A stretch of DNA of 44,219 nucleotides from Vicugna vicugna (Eukaryota): NCBI GenBank assembly GCA_013265495.1, contig MU057848.1, positions 62,001-106,219 of the forward strand, written 5' to 3'. The notes beneath the pieces were generated by a model, which saw only the letters and a program-made list of their open reading frames with translations, was not told the DNA's origin and did not search any database. Shown one piece after another: positions 38,198 through 44,219 of this stretch (the first letter of the stretch is position 1; each line of letters starts with the position of its first letter). Both the position numbers and the translations under genes were made by a program.

Positions 38198-39415
38198 CTC
38201 TAGTGTGTCTGTCTATCTGTCGGCCTGCCTATCTATCTATCTATTCGAGGAAGGGAGAGGCTAATCTATGTCTGTGAGTGTCTGTCTGTCTATCTAATGA
38301 AGGAAGAGGAGGCTAATATGTCTTTCTATCTCTCTATCTCTCTGCCTATCTGTCTGTCTGTCTGTCTGTCTAATGGAGGAGGCAGAGGAGACTAGTGTGT
38401 GTGTGTCTATGTATCTAATATTGGCGGAAGCTAGTGTGTCTATCTGTCTAAATGAATAGAAGGAGGGCAGTGTGTGTGTGTGTGTATGCATGTGTGTGTC
38501 TGCCTGTCTGTCCATCTCACTACTTTCTATCTAATGGAGGAGGAGGAGGCTAGGGTGACTCTCTGTCTCTCTGTCTCTATGTGCATGTATCTGTCTGTCT
38601 CTCTGTCTCTATGTGCATGTAATGAAGTAGGAGGAGGCTAGTGTGTCCATCTGTCTGTCTATGTGTTTCTCTATCTAACGGAGGAGCAGGGTAGTGTGTC
38701 TATCTATTTAACCTATTGTAGTAGTAGGAGGAGTGTAGTCTCTCTGTCGCTATCTATCTATCAAGTGGAGGCATACAAGCAAGCTAGTGTGTCTTTTCAT
38801 GTGTCTGTCTGTCTGTTGGAGGAGTAGGTTAGTGTGTCTATCTACCTACCTACCTAATTGAGGAGGACACGGCTAGTGTGTGTGTGTGTGCATGTGCGTC
38901 TGTCTATGTATGTATCTGTATCTAATGGAGGAGGAAGAGGCTAGTATGTCTGTCTATCTATCAGATATCTATGCATCTATATATCTAATCGAGAAGGAGG
39001 AGGTTAGAGTGTCTGTCCATCTCATTACCTATCTGAGGAGGAGAAGACCTGTGTGTGTTTGTCTGTCTTTATGTATATCTAATGGAGAAGGAGGAGGAGG
39101 CCTGTGTGACTGGCTATCTGTCTGTCTCTCTAACAGGAGAAGGAAGAGGCTAGATTGTGTGTCTGTCTCTCTATCTGTCTAATGGAGGAGGAGGAAGTCT
39201 ATTAAGTCAATCTGTCTAATGGAGGAGATTAGTGTGTCTATCTACTTACCTACCTAACTGAGGAGTAGGAGCAGGCCAGTGTGTGTCTGTCTGTCTGTCT
39301 CTCTATCTGTCTACCTATCTAATGGAAGAGGGGGTTAGAACATATGTCTGTTTCTAAACAGAGGAAGAGGCTAATGTGTCTGTCTGTCAATTTACTTGTT
39401 TCTCTGTCTAATGAA
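38198..39415. repeat. Complex minisatellite of ~40-60-bp units: TCTAATGGAGGAGGAGGAGGCTAGTGTGT plus (TCTG/TCTA)n
   Basis: Roughly 20 degenerate repeats of 'tctaatggaggaggaggaggctagtgtgtc' separated by variable tctg/tcta/tg runs. Confidence 0.92.
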
Positions 39416-39419
39416 CGAA

Positions 39420-40013
39420 GTTTCCCAGGACTCGAATGACCTGGACGGATGCCAACTGCCACCCTAAGGCAGCAGAGTGCACGCTTGAGCAGGCTGAGGG
39501 GTCTCAAGAGGAAATCCACAGGCTTGCCTGGGTAGCCCCGGCCCCCTACTGCCTACCTCTCTGCAGCCATCATTGCATCCTCCACCGAACCCGCCCCCTA
39601 ACCACACCTCGCTGGCCTCCAGGGAGCCAGCCTAAAACACAGATATGCACTTCAGGACCCTGGGGTAGCAGAGGCCAACCTCAGACCCGGCCAAAGAGGT
39701 GATGGAGGCAAATGCAGGGGCTGGGTTGCACAGCCCCACCTCTTCACTGCAGCTACTGACCTTATCGACCCCGCCACCAGGGGGCCGTCGGCCCTGCAAA
39801 CACACATACTATCAACCTAGGGCAGGCCAGACCGCCCTCAGGCCAGGCTTTGGGGACAAGGGAGTAAACTGATCTGCTCACCCAAGACAGTTTCCTATCC
39901 AAGACGGACCTGTCAACTCACCTGACCACGACACCATCCCAAGATCTGGCTAACAAGGAAACTTAAATCCCCCAAACCTGAGATAGCACAGGCCGTACCC
40001 AGGCCAGCCCACA
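39420..40013 (+). repeat. Diverged GC-rich satellite monomers leading in register into the macrosatellite
   Basis: Same monomer motifs as 37509-38197; 39590-40055 is collinear with 37520-37980 at an offset of ~2073 bp. Confidence 0.85.
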
Positions 40014-40781
40014 CGGGAGATGGGAGCAAAGCCATAGGCTGGCCCAGGGCAGCGCCCTCTTCTCCCGCCACCCCCGCCGACGCCGCCTCAGCTGCCGCCG
40101 CTGCGGTCTCCCTGCTGCTCCCTGACCGAACCGCGCAGGCCTCCAGGAAGGAGGCTGACCTCAACACGTGAGTCCTGCAAACCTGGGGCACCGGACGCTG
40201 CCCCCAAGCCAGGCCGCTGGCGAGATGAGAGTCAATGCGACGGCTTGCACAGGGCAGCCTCACTCCCGACACCCCACCGCCGCCCTGGGCCCTGACCCAA
40301 ACATGCCAGCCTCCTGGGAGCCGCCTGACCTAAAGACGTGGGTCCAGTCAAACTGCGGCGGCAGAGGCCACCCCCAGGTCACGCGGTGGGGGAGATGGGA
40401 ACAAACGCATGGCTCCCAAGGGGCAGCCCCCTCCTCCCGCATGCAGCGCGGGAAGGCCACGCAAGGCCTGAGGGCCAGTCTCGGCCGGTCCGGGGCCGTC
40501 CATCGCCCTCCCATCTCCCGGGGCTACCCCCGCTTTGCCAAAGCCGCCTATGAGCGGCGGCCAGGAAAGCCGCGGGGTTCAGCCAATACTAATGGGGGGG
40601 TAGGCACCCCAACCAGGGCGGGGGGCCCCGGGACCCGCCTCAGGGTCCCAACCTGGACGCGCGGCCTGGACCCCACCGACGCACCCCTCCCCTCCCCCCC
40701 CCCGGGCGCCTCCCCAACTGCACAGCCCAGGCCTCACCCGCCGACTCCCCGACCTGCGCGCCCCCACCAGCGCCCCCTTAC

Positions 40782-40985
40782 CTGGCTCGCGACGGCAGCA
40801 CAGGCGACAGCAAGCGGCGGGAGGCCGAGACCCCAGGCAGCCTTCCTCCTCCGGGAGCTGGTCCAGGAGCACCCAGCTCCCGCCCAGCTTCCTCACGTTC
40901 TGCGCGCGCCCCAGCGTCCCGGCGCCCCGGCGCCCGTGCGCGCGCGCGCACGCGCAGCTTTGGGCGCCCCTCCCCCGCCCGCCTG
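40782..40985 (-). promoter_or_regulatory. Putative CpG-island promoter and non-coding first exon ending in a consensus splice donor (unit 1)
   Basis: On the - strand: GC box GGGCGGGG (~40973-40980), alternating purine-pyrimidine NRF1-like tract 'gtgcgcgcgcgcgcacgcgca' (~40935-40956), ~130 nt of exon-like sequence, then CCAG|GTAAGG (GT at 40781-40780) and a G-rich intron-like start. Confidence 0.55.
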
Positions 40986-43057
40986 CCTGACAGCAGCATG
41001 GAGGCTTGGCTGGGACTTCAGCAGGAGGGATGCTGCGAGTGGGGCCGGGCGGTGGGCCGGTGGAGCTTGGGGCGGTGGGGCAGTGGGGCGAGCCCTGCCC
41101 GCGGCCAGGGCTGGCCGGGCCCCCAACCCCAACGCCCCCCCCACGCCCTCCTTCAGTGTCCTGGCCCCCAGGTAGGACCACCACGGACCCAGGGCCAGGC
41201 CACGCCCCACCAGCCCCACTACCCCTGCTCGCCGATCCCCACCCAGTCAATGCCTCCCCACCCCCTGCCACGCCCGGTCCCCCGATCCACTGCACCCCCG
41301 ACACAAAGCTGCTTCTCCTCACACCCAAGTCCCGCCCCAGGTCTGCGCCCCACTAGGTCCTACGCCACAGCCCCTGTAAACCGCGCTCACCCCTCGTGCC
41401 TCACCCCAGGTCCCCCCACCGTCCGGAGATACTCCCCTAACCCTTCACCTCGGAATGACCCCCCCACCCCTCAGCCGGGTCACTTCTGCTCCCAGCAACC
41501 CCTCCCCCTCAGCCTGTCCGCCCTCACCGCCAGATCGCCCCACACCCGGAGTGCACCCCTACCCCAGATGACCCCATCAGCCCTTTCCTCGCGGGAGCGG
41601 GGCGGTCTGGGCTCCGATCACCCCGGCGACAGCCGCTAGACAGGGATCCCCGGGGCCCACGGCAGGCACACAGCCCTGGGTCCCAGGTGCCCGGCCCCGG
41701 GCGGGCGGGAGTTGAGGCCATTCCACTTCCCTGCCCCACCCCCATGCCCACTGCCTCCTCTGAGGTGCCTCCCATGGGTCAGGGTGTTCCTGGGCGGCAC
41801 ACCGCTAGCCAGTGGGCCTTGGCTGCTTGATGCTGCTGCGGGGAGGGAGGGTGCAGCTGCAGCCCGCCCCCCGGGATGGACAGCAGGCAGCAGTGGCGGC
41901 GGCGTGGGAGGGGTTGCTGCCCTGGGAGAGCCAGTCCACTTGCTCCCATCTCCCCTGCTGCCTGGCCTGGGGGCAACCTCTGCTGCCAGATCTTCCCGGA
42001 AAGAGTTTCCCCCTGTCAGCCTGCCCCTGGGAGGCAGGCCGGCTGTGGCCAGGGGGGCGGGGGGGCGGCAGTGGCAGCAGCAGGGCTGGAGATGGCAGGA
42101 TTGGGGCTGCCCCATACTGGGTGAGGGATGTGCTCCCATTTCCCGCTGTCACTCTCTCTGTCCCTGTAGCTGCTGCCCCCGCCCCCGGCACACTGACTGC
42201 ACCACGCCCACCTCTCAGGAGCAGGCTGACCTGAGGACAAGCCTCCAGGGACCCTGGGGCAGCAGAGGCCGCCCCCAGGCCAGGCCGCGCGGGAGATGGG
42301 AGCAAAGCCATAGGCTGGCCCAGGGCAGCGCCCTCTTCTCCCGCCACCCCCGCCGACGCCGCCTCAGCTGCCGCCGCTGCGGTCTCCCTGCTGCTCCCTG
42401 ACCGAACCGCGCAGGCCTCCAGGAAGGAGGCTGACCTCAACACGTGAGTCCTGCAAACCTGGGGCACCGGACGCTGCCCCCAAGCCAGGCCGCTGGCGAG
42501 ATGGGAGTCAATGCGACGGCTTGCACAGGGCAGCCTCACTCCCGACACCCCACCGCCGCCCTGGGCCCTGACCCAAACATGCCAGCCTCCTGGGAGCCGC
42601 CTGACCTAAAGACGTGGGTCCAGTCAAACTGCGGCGGCAGAGGCCACCCCCAGGTCACGCGGTGGGGGAGATGGGAACAAACGCATGGCTCCCAAGGGGC
42701 AGCCCCCTCCTCCCGCATGCAGCGCGGGAAGGCCACGCAAGGCCTGAGGGCCAGTCTCGGCCGGTCCGGGGCCGTCCATCGCCCTCCCATCTCCCGGGGC
42801 TACCCCCGCTTTGCCAAAGCCGCCTATGAGCGGCGGCCAGGAAAGCCGCGGGGTTCAGCCAATACTAATGGGGGGGTAGGCACCCCAACCAGGGCGGGGG
42901 GCCCCGGGACCCGCCTCAGGGTCCCAACCTGGACGCGCGGCCTGGACCCCACCGACGCACCCCTCCCCTCCCCCCCCCCGGGCGCCTCCCCAACTGCACA
43001 GCCCAGGCCTCACCCGCCGACTCCCCGACCTGCGCGCCCCCACCAGCGCCCCCTTAC

Positions 43058-43261
43058 CTGGCTCGCGACGGCAGCACAGGCGACAGCAAGCGGCGGGAGG
43101 CCGAGACCCCAGGCAGCCTTCCTCCTCCGGGAGCTGGTCCAGGAGCACCCAGCTCCCGCCCAGCTTCCTCACGTTCTGCGCGCGCCCCAGCGTCCCGGCG
43201 CCCCGGCGCCCGTGCGCGCGCGCGCACGCGCAGCTTTGGGCGCCCCTCCCCCGCCCGCCTG
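43058..43261 (-). promoter_or_regulatory. Second copy of the putative promoter / first exon / splice donor (unit 2)
   Basis: Matches 40782-40985 at +2276; donor GT at 43057-43056. Confidence 0.55.
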
Positions 43262-43754
43262 CCTGACAGCAGCATGGAGGCTTGGCTGGGACTTCAGCAG
43301 GAGGGATGCTGCGAGTGGGGCCGGGCGGTGGGCCGGTGGAGCTTGGGGCGGTGGGGCAGTGGGGCGAGCCCTGCCCGCGGCCAGGGCTGGCCGGGCCCCC
43401 AACCCCAACGCCCCCCCCACGCCCTCCTTCAGTGTCCTGGCCCCCAGGTAGGACCACCACGGACCCAGGGCCAGGCCACGCCCCACCAGCCCCACTACCC
43501 CTGCTCGCCGATCCCCACCCAGTCAATGCCTCCCCACCCCCTGCCACGCCCGGTCCCCCGATCCACTGCACCCCCGACACAAAGCTGCTTCTCCTCACAC
43601 CCAAGTCCCGCCCCAGGTCTGCGCCCCACTAGGTCCTACGCCACAGCCCCTGTAAACCGCGCTCACCCCTCGTGCCTCACCCCAGGTCCCCCCACCGTCC
43701 GGAGATACTCCCCTAACCCTTCACCTCGGAATGACCCCCCCACCCCTCAGCCGG

Positions 43755-44219
43755 GTCACTTCTGCTCCCAGCAACCCCTCCCCCTCAGCCTGTCCGCCCT
43801 CACCGCCAGATCGCCCCACACCCGGAGTGCACCCCTACCCCAGATGACCCCATCAGCCCTTTCCTCGCGGGAGCGGGGCGGTCTGGGCTCCGATCACCCC
43901 GGCGACAGCCGCTAGACAGGGATCCCCGGGGCCCACGGCAGGCACACAGCCCTGGGTCCCAGGTGCCCGGCCCCGGGCGGGCGGGAGAGTCACTTCTGCT
44001 CCCAGCAACCCCTCCCCCTCAGCCTGTCCGCCCTCACCGCCAGATCGCCCCACACCCGGAGTGCACCCCTACCCCAGATGACCCCATCAGCCCTTTCCTC
44101 GCGGGAGCGGGGCGGTCTGGGCTCCGATCACCCCGGCGACAGCCGCTAGACAGGGATCCCCGGGGCCCACGGCAGGCACACAGCCCTGGGTCCCAGGTGC
44201 CCGGCCCCGGGCGGGCGGG
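43755..44219. repeat. 234-bp tandem duplication within macrosatellite unit 2
   Basis: 'gtcacttctgctcccagcaacc...ccgggcgggcggg' occurs at 43755-43988 and again from 43989 to the window end. It is single-copy in unit 1 (from 41479). Confidence 0.95.

Larger units (their letters stand above)
40014..44219. repeat. GC/CpG-rich macrosatellite, 2276-bp period (one full unit 40014-42289, second unit from 42290)
   Basis: Sequence and ORF track repeat at +2276 (for example 40168/42444, 40579/42855, 40998/43274). The two 335-aa ORFs differ at one residue (MRVN vs MGVN). Confidence 0.98.

Noticed and set aside
40014..42289. 5S rDNA repeat, given the ~2.2-kb GC-rich unit
   Set aside because: No 5S rRNA sequence (GTCTACGGCCATACC... 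or its reverse complement) was found in the unit.
40168..43915. Long ORFs (335, 249, 247, 229, 213 aa) in the macrosatellite as protein-coding genes, for example DUX4/DUXC-like
   Set aside because: They are Pro/Gly/Ala/Arg-rich, overlap in several frames and on both strands as expected from stop-poor GC-rich DNA, and show no homeodomain (no WFQNRR-type motif) or other recognisable domain.

Overview
Mammalian genomic DNA, probably camelid/cetartiodactyl (inferred from L1 3' UTR style and no obvious Alu, Bov-tA or PRE-1 SINEs). No intact protein-coding gene is visible and most ORF-track entries are noise. The window looks like a mosaic of duplicated segments running into a GC-rich macrosatellite. 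(1) About 1-30.5 kb is repeat-rich, intron-like sequence with one diverged 72-bp SLIT3-type LRR exon (- strand, 28020-28091), a semi-processed EEF1G retrocopy with an 18-bp TSD that keeps an intron-like 5' segment (13417-14815), and a 5'-truncated L1 with two tandem 3' ends (24627-27356). (2) At 30.5-30.9 kb there is a rearrangement scar: a local triplication plus snippets copied from 1.4 and 3.65 kb downstream. (3) Two decayed CEP162 exons lie on the - strand (33708-33789, 34413-34599), followed by a solo ERV1-type LTR. (4) From ~37.5 kb there is a layered satellite: diverged ~160-bp GC-rich monomers, a GGA/TCTG minisatellite, then near-identical 2276-bp units. Each unit carries a CpG-island promoter-like element with a consensus splice donor on the - strand. 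The putative first exon, the CEP162 exons and the SLIT3 exon all point the same way, so a macrosatellite-driven chimeric transcript is possible but unproven. Gene identifications rest on recalled human protein sequences, not on a database search.
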